DNA of 64,000 nt, taken from Pseudogymnoascus verrucosus (Eukaryota). The stretch lies in the NCBI GenBank assembly GCA_001662655.1, contig KV460217.1. One strand, written 5' to 3'. The notes beneath the pieces were generated by a model, which was not told where the DNA came from, made no database searches, and saw only the letters and a list, made by a program, of their open reading frames with translations. The translations under genes were made by a program, and so were the position numbers. Shown here in pieces: positions 50,920-62,665 of this stretch (position 1 is its first letter; the number at the start of each line of letters is the position of its first letter).

Positions 50920-51486
50920 TTCTGCGACACGTGCACGAATCTGGAGACGCCTTGTTGTTATGTTGTGCTTGTCGTTGTCGTGGTCAAGTGCTGGCGTGCG
51001 GATTGAAGTTAGGAGATTATGGTAGATTCACGCGAGGCTGTGGCTATGCAAGGCTGACAATACTCCACAGTCAACTCGGCGAGTTTATGACAACATCGAG
51101 GTAATTTCTTGACAAACATACATAAATTATATATAAATCAGATGGGAAGTGGTATCTTTTCTCTTCTTTCAATTCCAATATATACCAGTATTTTGAACTA
51201 GATATCATTATGGATGAAGCGATGAGCCAACCTACTGTGAAATAGGCAAATCATCTTCATTATTTCATACCCAGGATATCTTCCATCTAAACCGAAATTA
51301 TACAAACGCCTGACAATGCTACTCTTCCTTAAAAAAAGGCCCCCCGCCCGCTAAAATGCGAATTGCTCGATACCGTCGTCGTCGTATGCAGCCTGTAAGC
51401 TTAAGATATTTCCCTTTCGTTTCTCCGCCCTAAGCCAGTGCTGAGACATGTCTAGAAGCACAGGTATTGTCTCTCAGGCGCATATA

Positions 51487-53467
51487 TCAAACCTCTACAT
51501 TCCGTTCCTTCCGTTCTTCCTTCACTTCTACCACCTCCGTCTCAACCCCCGAATGCACTTTCATCCTCTCCATCCCAACCGCATTCCTCTCCCACGACGC
51601 ACATGCAACCAGCACCCCTAGCCCAGCAACCCCAGTAAGCGCCGTCATCTGCACCCTAAACACTTTTGCATACACCGCCCGCACCATAGCCAGCACATCG
51701 GGTTCAAATGTCAACGCTCCTAACGGACTTCGATGCAGCGCCTCCATCTGCGCATCCGAGAGAAAACCCCCTAAAGCAGACTCGGAACGGGCGTTAAACA
51801 GCGCTGTAGCAATAGTGAGTCCGATGAAGCCACCCAGTGGACGCAGTTGCGCCGTTGCGCCCTGCGTGGCCGCGATCTCGCCTACCTCCGAGTTTAGGGT
51901 GACTATTAGCGTACCGGCTGAGAGGCACATTCCAACGCCGATTCCGAGGAGAACTTCTACGCCGTACAGGTAATGTGGGATGCTCAATGTGTCGGGGATG
52001 GTGGTTAGGAGGCCGAGGGCAAGGAGTTGGAGACTAGAGCCGCCTATGAGGGTTGGGGAGGTGAGGTTGCGGCCGGAGGAGATTGCGCCGCCGACGAAGG
52101 AGCCAAGGCCGGTGGCGGCGGCGAGGGGGAGGAGAGAGAGTCCTGCCTGTAGTGGGGAGGACCCGTTGACGAGCTGGAAGCGTTCGGGGAGGAGGATGGT
52201 GGCTGTTATCAAGGGGAAGCCGGTGCAGAATATGGAGCTGGTGGTATCTGGTTAGTTCATGGCAATGCCAGAGTAAAAAGGAGTGGGAGATGAGCATACC
52301 AGAAAGCGGCAGCCATGACGCGGCGCTTGAGAATGTGCATTGGGAATATGGGTTCGATATTCGACCAGGAACGCGTGCCAAGGAAGCCTTCCCACGAAAA
52401 AAATGCGACCCAGAACACGCCCGACAGTACGAGGCAGGTGACAATAACCGCCTCTCCCCAGGAACGTCCTCCCGTCGTCGCCCTCTGCAGGCCATATACT
52501 AAGCATACCGAGCCTCCCATCATGAACAGTACACCGACAAAGTCGATACTCAGAAACGTACGCCATTTGCCGCTATCAGAAGTCTTCGCGCTAGCCGGCC
52601 AGATGAAGAAGATAGACGCCATGGCGATTACGGAAAATGGTAGGTTCATATAGAAAATCCACCTCCAAGTCGATTGATTCGATATCGCACCACCCAATAT
52701 AGGACCTAGCACTCCCGACCCGCCGACAGTGAGTCCGATCCACGCCGCGCCGGCCGCGAACTTCGATGGATTCAGAACCTCAGCGATCATGACCATTCCC
52801 ATGGAGTAAAGTCCCGCGCCGCCGAGGCCCTGGAAGGCACGGAAAACGATGAGCTGGCGGATCGTGTGTGAGAGGGCGCAGGCGAGCGAGAAGACCATGA
52901 AGAGCGCCCAGGAGACAAGCATAATGGTTTTACGGCCGTATATATCGCTTAGTCGCGCGATGGCCATTGCGAAACCTGGAAGTGTTAGGGGGCACGAGAC
53001 AATGATGGGAGGGCGACTTACTCATATATGTCAAGAGATAGGCCAGGACGATCCATGGCGATAGCCAAAAGCTTCCGAGCTCCTCTACGATACTGACCAG
53101 CGCCGTCCCTATGATAGTTGTGTCCAGAGTCGAGAAAAACACCCCAACAAAGATACTAGGGCATAAGGTTAGCAGTGAAGAAGATTTGAGTTATCCTGGC
53201 GCGAGGAACGTACCCTGCCAGTGCAACATTCCTCCTCCATGGTTCCACATGAGGCCATGGCACAGCATGTTTGTTAGCCGTACTCGTGGCCACGACGTGA
53301 CTCTGGATGTCTTTCTCGGGTTCGGATCCGACGCAAGGGACCACTGTCACAGACGTTGCCGTAATATCCATTTCGGGGCTCTTGGGTGCTTGGAGGTCAA
53401 TATTGCTCGCCCTTTGCGACTCGAATTCCTTGGGGGAAACGAGACTATCCGGGTTGCTACTAGACAT
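51487..53467 (-). CDS. MFS drug:H+ antiporter (14-TMS, DHA2-type)
   Basis: LDTTIIGTAL, WIVLAYLL, LSDIYGRK, RAFQGLGGAG, GPILGGAI..WRWIFYMNLP and LPERFQLV; multi-exon. Confidence 0.9.
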
Positions 53468-54935
53468 TGCGGCGGCGAGTTGGGGTGCCGATATAAGGTT
53501 TGCCCTCTACTATGTGGCTCTACGCCTGGGAAAGGGACAGGATCCTCGAGCGGAGCTGGGTGATGTGGTAATATATGCGAACAGGAGATCGGTCCCTAAA
53601 TATCAACTCCAGTCACTGACAAAGACTCGGTGAACGTCTCTGGTAGCATCAATGGCTTCCCAGGATATGTAAGGGCTGGCTTCTCCTTTCCTCATACAGC
53701 AAGCGCAGTTCATTGGTATTACGGCCGTAGCTCGAAGTTTATATGCCAGGGCGAGTCCAACGCACGTATAGTCTGCTCCAACGTACGTATAGCCTGCATG
53801 CCGATCAAGCTGCCCGCCAGTCGATTTCAAACAGTGGGGAATACAGCACGGAAAAAGAAGTGGAAGCTGCCTTACTTCCACATATATATTTGATGGAGTA
53901 GTCGAATCGTCGACGACGTTGAAAAAAGGTCAACCTGTCCCCCTAACCGAAACTAGAGGGCACACTCTAAGTAATAACCGACCTCTAGCACTATACCATC
54001 GGGCCACACTATCCCGTCGTCCTTTGTACTGGGATGAAGCAGCGGGCACTATCGAGGCCGCTGTGGGGCTGTCAGAAAGTGACATTTGCGTCACCTCCTA
54101 GGGTATTGGCTTGCGTCGACCAAACGGCCTCCAGGAACCCTTACTTCAGGCTTCAGTCCCTAGCTTGTTGCGGCTATATTAGACCATCCAGAAGTCCAAT
54201 CAAAGTCCTAAAGTAGACACGCGGCGAGCCAAGAAGGAAGAGAAGGATTGCAAGCCTAGAGATCCAAGTATAGGGCGTCGTCTGTGGCCTAATCCATCTG
54301 GCCCCAAATTACACTCTGCCCATCCATCCCGTGGCCTTCCCCAACGGCCATCCAAAAGCTTTCCCCCGCAGAGAATCACACATTAACCAGCCTCGGTCAT
54401 ATCTCCTAAAACAACACTGTCTGCCCTGGTCGTCTACAGAGCACATTTAGCCTCTTCACCGCGTACGCCACGGCCACGCCACGCCGGCGCGCAACCGAAC
54501 AGACGGAACGCGCGATTGGCCTTGTGGATGAAGAACATCAAAACGACGCCGATCCTCGGTTGCAGCGCTCAATCAAACGGACTGGGAAGCGAGATGACAG
54601 TCCTACGCGGTCAAGCGCGCTCCATTGGGGGATAAATGCTAGGGCCGGTGGCGCATGAGGCGCATGAGACGGGTGGAAACCGTCAAAGCATGATGGACAG
54701 TGCTTGACGCAGGTGAGTGGGGTTGACGAAGAGGCCAGAAGGGGAACTGGTAAGCGATGTGGTGAAGGTAAAGACGCCGGAGTGATGCCGGCGTATTACT
54801 GTGTTGTGCTTTCCCGCTGTAAATTACTCGTATTGTCACGTGAAATCCGACCGTTCCGATATAACACTAGGATTGTCATCTTTTCCCCGATGGGCTGACT
54901 TGTACCACATATACTGCACTGTATAACCCCAGAAC

Positions 54936-55867
54936 ATGTTGGCGCCAAGCACTGTGAAGACGCCGGTGAGGGCCAAGGTCGATCTGATAGCCTGGGATCC
55001 GGATTCCCCAGCCCATACCGAGAGGATGGTTCAGCATCGGATTGCATGCGGGTGGAAACAGGACTATATCGAAGGGTGGCGGGGTTTGCAGAGAGAGGGG
55101 AAGATGGGTCTTCAGTGGGTTGTGAGTTTCTCATTTTGTTTACGATGGGGTTTATAAGACCTAAAAAAAGCAATGCTTCTTCCGATTTTTACTTTTCGCC
55201 TGTTGAGATTGTAGCTATACAAATGCGAATATTGCGAGTGGTTGTATTTATGATATATAATTCTAACTACCAACGCAGGTTCTAGCAGAGGACGACCCAG
55301 AGAAGGAAACCAAGCTCGCCCAGCACCTACTGAAGTACCCCGAAGACGCCACACCCATTCTTGACACCGCCACCTCCCTGGCTGGTAAGCCACGATTACC
55401 CTCTTCGCGTTCATTCGTCCCCGTGGGCCATATCTCTCTCGACTCAGAAAGCCCCAATCCTGGCCAAGCAGATGCCTCACAAGGACTCTACTGCATCACT
55501 ACTCTCTACATCTCCCGCGCTATTCATGGAGGTGGGTTAGGCCGTGCTGCCCTGGACGCCGTCGAGAGCCAGGCCATCAACGAGCCGTTGTGTGCGAAGA
55601 TATTGTCTCTTGATACTCTGGCAAACAGCAGTTGGAATAGAACAGATATATGGGAGGAGATGGGCCAGAAGAAGCCTGAGGTATTTGAGCTACCCTCAAT
55701 GAAATCGAAAGTGGTGAGCTAATTGCAGACAGATGTCGGCTGAGGATTGGTATGAGAGATGTGGATATAAGGCCTGGAGATACAACGAAGGCCATATCCA
55801 GCACCGGACCGACGATGGTAGAGTTTGGCCCCTAGACGGCGTCTTTATGAAGAAAACGGTTGTATGA
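54936..55867 (+). CDS. GNAT-fold acetyltransferase-like protein
   Basis: 3 exons; VGHISLD, LYISRAIHGGGLGRAALDAVE (acetyl-CoA motif A-like), WYERCGY and VFMKK*. Confidence 0.75.
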
Positions 55868-56091
55868 ATTTGAATTACGATCTCTTAATTCTAACTCATG
55901 CGATTGTTTGGCTTTGTGAAGTAGAAGGCGAATACATTTACCTCTATCATGTAGGTTCTCAAAGGGCAGATTTTGTGACGTGACGATATAGAAGCCAACC
56001 GATACAGTGCAGTCATCTGCGCGAATTTCACAGATTAAGATATCAATATGTTCGCCTCTGGCAAGTAATAAACTAACGCCTATCATACAAC

Positions 56092-57072
56092 CTACATAAG
56101 ACAAGTGTCATCTTTCACCCGATGCGCCGCCGCAAAATCAAATATCGCCTCATAACTCCGACACTCGTGTACATCGCCCCATCCATCGAAACCAGGTATT
56201 ACATCGCCATCCGCGTTTACCAGTGCCGTTTCCAGCGTTGTATCGCCCGTACACATGATCGCCTGACGCAGATAGTCGAAGCAGTGACCCAAGTTATTTT
56301 CCGCCGCTTGGTTTTCGCTCACGTCTCTGTCGCGACCGAAGGCGTCCCTGAGTATTGACTGTTCCGGTATTTAGTAAAATGTGGGAAACTGATAGACAGT
56401 ATAGCTAGGGGTGCGTTGAAGGGGAAGGAGGATTTGCCTTACCAGACAGTAGAGCTGGTGAAACATTGAGATGGAGTATATCTCTGTCGCCACTTCGGTG
56501 TTTGGGACCGGGAACCCCCCCCTTAAACCGTAGTTCCACGGTTTCTGAACCTCTACGAACCCTGCGCCAACTATAAGTCCAGTGTCGTTAGCACAAGCCC
56601 CTGAGCACCTCAAGACTACACCAGAGAATAGATCCCCACAGAGAGATACGCAACGAGAGAAAATCAATAGCATACGGGGAAACAACATGTCCCACACTGA
56701 CCGGTTCCCTGGTGTCCCCGACCCTGCATTGACAAACGCCTCATCCAGCCTGAATTTGACCATCTCCTTCGGTACTGGAGGTGTTTGTTAGCCTCTTTCC
56801 AACTCTTTTATGCACTTCACCGAGTGCCTTCAACCGTCGACAATGAACGAGAACACACTATTTCCAAAATAAGCCTCCGAGCGGACTGCCCCAGTTTCTA
56901 GGCTATCAGACATTGGGATATATGCCACGACGAGAAGGACGGTGAAGATGTAGAGGGCTGCTAAGGTGTAGTATCTCCGTTTCCATTTCGCGAGGGCGAT
57001 GCGGACGTCATCGGCGGATGCGAGGTAGTATTCTGTCTCATCATCTGCAGATGACAAAGGAACCTCTTTCAT
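56092..57072 (-). CDS. DUF3328/UstYa-family membrane-anchored oxidase with variant metal motifs
   Basis: 4 exons splice into an open frame: N-terminal TM helix, then YSISMFHQLYCL, NLGHCFDYLRQAIMCTGDTTLE and GWGDVHECRSY. Confidence 0.92.
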
Positions 57073-57430
57073 TTTGATTCGAGGATGTTAATGATATCTG
57101 ATGTGAACATATAAGTGTCAAATGTCCATGTGGTGGTCTGGACCATTAAATACTAAGCACTCTATATTTAGCCCGTTGTGGGGTTACCGTTTCTTTACGC
57201 CGCATGAGTCCTCGTATTCACCCGTCCCGTCTCAAACCAACAACGGTATTTTCGATGCATAATTTTTTCGTATTCAGCCGCTCTCAAAACAGTAATGGCA
57301 TCTGCGCCTTTTGCTATATCTAATGGCCTGTACAGGATAAGTCTACAATTTGTGTGCAGAAACGGACAACAAAATTGCTGCTGATCCGGCCCCTTGGTTC
57401 AGTCTTGAGGCATCACCAGGTAATACCACT

Positions 57431-59483
57431 TCACTTCAAAAGAAAGGTCTTTATCGCAACCCCTCTATCCCTCAGAGCATCGGCATCCAGCCTCAGATCC
57501 CAGTGAACCACCTCCCCCGTCATCACGTTCTGGAAATGCTCCACGAAAATCGGCTGCGAATGCTGCCACTCGCCCTGAACCCGAATCCAGCCCGGCGGCA
57601 GCGGGCCTAAGCGGGGATCTTCGCGAGTTGTTTCATTTGTAGCGTTGTTGGTGTAGTGCGGCTGAGGTTGAGGGTGATCACGGTCGTCTATCAACTTTAT
57701 CTTCCATCCGTCGGGAAGAGGGCTAAGGATAGATACAGAGTCACAGAGACTTGGTACCAAAGCACCTGTGATGACAACATAGGCGTCGTCACCGGCCGGC
57801 CGGAGGATCAATGAGGAGTTGCGTCCCAGTACAGTGGTGATCATATCGCCTGTCTCGTATTAATATATGGTGAGCAAGTTGGGAAGTTACACATGTTACG
57901 GAGCATTAAAACATACCAGCTCGGACCATCTCGCGGCCATCCCCGACCTTCCCAATCAGTCCGTTGTGGCTGACAATAAGGCTGTGGCCCTGGTTTCTTA
58001 CCTTAAGCCGTGTCCATAGGTTAACATCGAAGGGGCCATTCGAGTCTCCACCTCCTAATGCGGCGTCGAGCAGGTTGCGAACCTCTTGCTGGTCCCACAC
58101 GCTCGCATCGTCCGGGAGCCGGTCCTTGGTGAAGCAGTCGCACAGTATGGAGACAAGCTCATCGATCAAGTCTATATTGCAATCTTGTAGCCGTTTGGCA
58201 ACTGGCTTTAAATCTCTCAGCATCTGCAATAGCGCCGACAGCCTTGAAATGTCCTCGGGAATCCAGCCAGGCGTAAATATGCTTTCAACACTGCCACAGA
58301 CCAATCCATGCACTTCTAACATACCACCACCGAAGCATCGTGTCACTATTGATTGTTCTATGGGATTGTTCTATGGCGAGAATAGTATCCACGTCAAAGG
58401 CCGCTTTTATATTGGCTAACCAGTAACACTCATCGATCAACCCGACCACAGTAAGGGGAGCGATTTACGTCCGTACAGAGCCATAATTGCCCTGCGAACC
58501 GTTGCCCACGACCTCGCGGACTCCCCGCATATCATAACGCGATTTCGGTTCCCAAGCTGGATTTCCTGCCAAGACCAACGCTGTTGAAACCAAGCAAGCC
58601 TAAGCAAATCGACTACTCCGATCCATTCGACAATGGTAAATGGCGGTGCTGTGTTCTCCTTGACCCACTCCGGGTAAGTGGTCTGAGGGGTAGGGAAGCA
58701 GAAGTCATCCATAGTGTACTGGATCTCGCCCCCAAGCTTCGCCAGGGTCTCGAGACCAAGAGCAGCGCTGTCTCCTCGGTGGCTGAGCCACACGATGACG
58801 ACCGATGCTAGCGCATAAACTCGCCCAATACACTTAGCCTGCATGGCCTTCTCACTTTTGTTATTGTGGTCTATGCATATCATGTCGACCCAAAGCGTGC
58901 GTGTCCTATCTGTGAGGCGGAGTTGTCTGATGGCGTCAGCGAGGTCAAATTGCATCTCAATTTTACTGTGCTCTTCAAGAGCATTGGCTGCATTGACCAC
59001 CGTTATTTCAGCCTGCTGAGTTTTATCGCCCCACGTGGATGACAGCACCTCATATTCAGGCATGAATGTATCGTCTGGATAGTTTGGCAGTGGCGCATAC
59101 AGCATACGACTGACTCGGGGGTTTGGATGATGCCATGATGTTTCTCCCGTGCGAATTCCCCAGAACAGATACTTGCAATCTATCGTCTCAAAAACTCGCC
59201 ATCCGTCCAGCAACGTTTCTTGCAACTGGTTGATGGGCAACCTTTGGGTAGGAGCCGCGTCAGGCAGTTGTAACAAGGCGTGGTGGATCTCGATCTGGAG
59301 ATCGTCCTCGAACTGGCCTGGAAGTATTGTGAGAAGTCTTATTTCTTCTACGGTTTCCAGAGACTTATACTCGTACAGCTTCATCGCTGACAGTATCCCA
59401 CGAGTATTGGCCATGATGTGTGGTGTATATGTGAATATGCCGGATGATGCCTCTGCCTCGAGAAGCCAGAAGGCAGAAGCCAC
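57431..59483 (-). pseudogene. HET-domain protein with WW-like modules, probably disrupted
   Basis: EIRLL, YEVLSSTWG, LWVDMICID, RVYALASVVIVWL and WFQQRWSWQEI. The frame breaks at about 58437 near a 13-bp tandem duplication, and the usual DxRD/PSWVPDW segment is not seen. Confidence 0.75.
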
Positions 59484-60078
59484 AAGCCGCTACTCGTAAC
59501 TAATATGCATCAGTACTAATAATACTCGTAGCCAATAGTCTATATTGGGGAGCTTACACTATCTCGCCTTCAAATTAATAGACCGAGGTCGGATGTTGGA
59601 GCTTTTATTAGCACGAAGTTGCAAACACAAAACAAGTGAGACCCGAATACATTTATCAATTACCGTAGCTGTTGCAAGCTAAATTGTGCCCGCCTAACCT
59701 GCAACACTTAATAGTAAGATTTATCCATGTGATTTACTCGAGTGGTAGTAATAAAGTTTGTGGCTAACAACGTCCAGGGCCTTATAGGTTCTCAAACAGT
59801 GATTAAGCATTAAGTCTAGGCCTGGCAGTAGAGTCTTCACCTTCAGACTCACAGTCGCTGCCATAATTAAGTATACTAAGCTCCTAGGGCCTCGTCACAG
59901 ACTGCGGCTAGCAGATTAATTAGAGTCGTAGCTGTGAGCGCATTTGGCATCAAGCCCAGTCTCATGGCTTATGTAAGTTACCATAACCAATAGTTACAAA
60001 TATCGCTACAATGCCATCATCATGGAACACATGACAAAGAACATGGGAACTTAGAATCGTGGCAACTAAATCAATAAC

Positions 60079-61242
60079 ATGAAAAGCTTCTATACTGCCG
60101 TTTACCTCTTCACTGGTATCACTGCCGCTATCGCTACCCAGAAGAAGAACCTCATAATCGAAACAGACCTCTTCAGTGATGTCGAGTGAGCACCTGGGGC
60201 AATTCCCATATGTCCTTGAATACACCTCTGACAATCAAACAGTGATGCTGGTGCCCTGTTGCTTGCAGCAACTTCCCTGAACATAAATCTATTAGCTGTG
60301 AACATCAATCACCCATCGACCTACTCCGCCCTCGCCGCTTCAGCAATCTTAGCACACTATGGACATCCCAAGATCCCAATCGGAATCCGGCATCCGCTAA
60401 CAAATGCCACCTTCTTCGATAGCTGGTACTTTGCTCTTGGCGAGTACACCAGCAAAGTCGCCTTCCACTGGTCTGGCGGGTCCTTGCCCTGGGGACATGT
60501 CGAGGAGGCCTGGGATCCGGTGGCGCTGTACCGGAAGGTGCTGAGCGAGGCTGAGGATGGCAGCGTGACTATTGCATCAATTGGCTTCCTTGATAATGTG
60601 AGTTTTACGGCCTTATACAGCAGCCATGGTCTTCTAATTAGATGGCAGCTCTCAGGACTGCTGAACTCGACCGCTGACTCCTATTCCGACCTTAGCGGCC
60701 GTGATCTCATTGCCCACAAGGTTGCCGAGCTAGTCATTATGGGCGGCGGCTACCCGTCGGGGTACAGTTGGAACTTCTGGGGCTCGAATGGTAGTCTCGC
60801 CGCGCACGTTGTTAATACGTGGGAGGGACAGATGGTGTTTGTCGGCGACGACGTTGGCAAGGATGTCAAGTCGGGTGGGGAGCTTATGTCTGCAGGGCCA
60901 AAGACGGATCCAGTGCGGATGGCGTATATTTACTACTCATACTATGAACCGACGTCTTCGTGGGATCCGCTGGCTACTCTGTATGCCATTGGTGGGCTGG
61001 GGGAGTTGTTCAAATATGGAAATGAGTATGGATACAACCATGTCAACGCCAATGGGGCGAATCGATGGGTGTGGGATCGGAAAGTGCAGAACCAGTTCTT
61101 TCTGAGGTTGAAGGTTAGCAATGAAACAGCTGCGCAGGAGCTAGATCGGTTGTTTCTCAAAGGGGCATTGTCAGTCGTGGAACAGCATACAGCAGAAGCA
61201 CCACGAAGAAAGCATGTAGGTTCGGCACATACAGAGTTATAA
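60079..61242 (+). CDS. Inosine/uridine-preferring nucleoside hydrolase family protein, with signal peptide and C-terminal HTEL
   Basis: MKSFYTAVYLFTGITAAIA, IIETDLFSDVD|DAGAL, IASIGFLDN, LVIMGG..P...WNF and SWDP. Confidence 0.88.
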
Positions 61243-61493
61243 CTTTTTAGATAAAATTCTCTCTACAGATATATTTAACTAACACCTGAAACGCCCCCCA
61301 AGCTATCAATTTCAACCGGATCCCATCGTATGGTTACATCCAAAATACAAATCATATCTCGTCACTCCCTCCAAACCAAAGCATATATATAAAAGGGGCA
61401 CGAGTTCGGTTTCTTGCCAGATTACATACATTTAAAACTACTATGGTATCGCAGTGTAAACAATCCTAGACCCGCTGCATTCCTCGACTCTCT

Positions 61494-62665
61494 TTAACAC
61501 GCCGCGTTGGCGGCCGCGGTGGCAGGTGCGGCGGCGGCCGCCTTGTTGCCCTTGTGGTGAGGCTCGCGGGTCTCAATGTCACGGGCACAGGCAACATTGG
61601 CGTTGGTGGCAGCAGTAGCAGCAGCGCCGTTCTGTGCAGCAGCGCCGTTTGCAGCGGCGGCCTTGTTGCCCTTGTGATGGGGCTCGCGAGCCTCGATGTC
61701 GCGAGCACAAGCAACATTGGCGTTTGTGGCGGCAGCGGCGGCACCGTTGTTGCCCTTGTGGTGACGGGCCTCAATATCCTGGACGTCGCGAGCACAGGCT
61801 ACATTGGCGTTGGTGGCGGTGGTAGCGGCAGTGGCATCTTGAGCAGCAGCGCCATTTCCAGCGGCCGCCTTGTTGCCCTTGTGATGCGGCTCTGGGGAAC
61901 GGTCTTCAAGCTCGTCCTCATGGCGCGCAGCCGCCTGGACCTTCTTCCCTTTGTGATGCGGCTCGGGAGAACGGTCTTGAATGTCCTGGACCTTCTTCCC
62001 CTTGTGGTGCGGCTCTGGGGAGCGGTCTTGGATGTCCTGGACCTTCTTTCCCTTGTGATGCGGTTCGGGAGAGCGGTCTTGAATGTCCTGGACCTTCTTT
62101 CCCTTGTGATGAGGCTCGGGAGAGCGGTCTTCAAGCTCCTCTTCGTGGCGCGCGGCTGCCTGGACCTTCTTTCCCTTATGATGCGGTTCTGGGGAGCGGT
62201 CTTGGACTGCCTGGACCTTCTTTCCCTTGTGGTGAGGCTCGGGAGAGCGGTCTTGAATGTCCTGGGCCTTCTTTCCCTTGTGATGCGGNNNNNNNNNNNN
62301 NNNNNNNNNNNNNNNNNNNNNNNNNNNNNNNNNNNNNNNNNNNNNNNNNNNNNNNNNNNNNNCCTTCTTTCCCTTGTGATGCGGTTCTGGGGAGCGGTCT
62401 TGAACTGCTTGGACCTTCTTTCCCTTGTGGTGACGGGCCTCCAAGTCAATGGCTACACCGCGAGCGATAACTGCACCACCGCCCTGTGAGGTGTTAGTAT
62501 TTGTTGGATGAATGAGATCAAGTTCAGTTGTAGATGAGGTAATTATGAAGGATGAAGAAGACATACAATATGACGTCTAGCTAAGCCACCGCTAGCCACA
62601 TCCTGTCCGTTGATGAGAGGGGCAAGCGCCAAAAGGCCAAATGCCAAAAGAGTCGAGGTATGCAT
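61494..62665 (-). CDS. Secreted tandem-repeat peptide precursor (KEX2-processed repeat protein / RiPP-precursor-like) with HHKG cores
   Basis: Exon 1 (62665-62567) reads MHTSTLLAFGLLALAPLINGQDVASGGLARRHI; intron GTATGT..CTAAC..CAG (62566-62484). Exon 2 has 13 visible HHKG[KN][KN] repeats and a 74-N gap (62289-62362). Confidence 0.9.

Noticed and set aside
61880..62430. Regular 51-bp repeats as a CRISPR-like array
   Set aside because: There are no unique spacers, units are multiples of 3 with synonymous variation, and the genome is eukaryotic. It is a coding repeat.
61554..62489. 311-aa plus-strand Leu/Val-rich ORF
   Set aside because: Antisense shadow of the HHKG precursor, which has the signal peptide, intron and processing sites.
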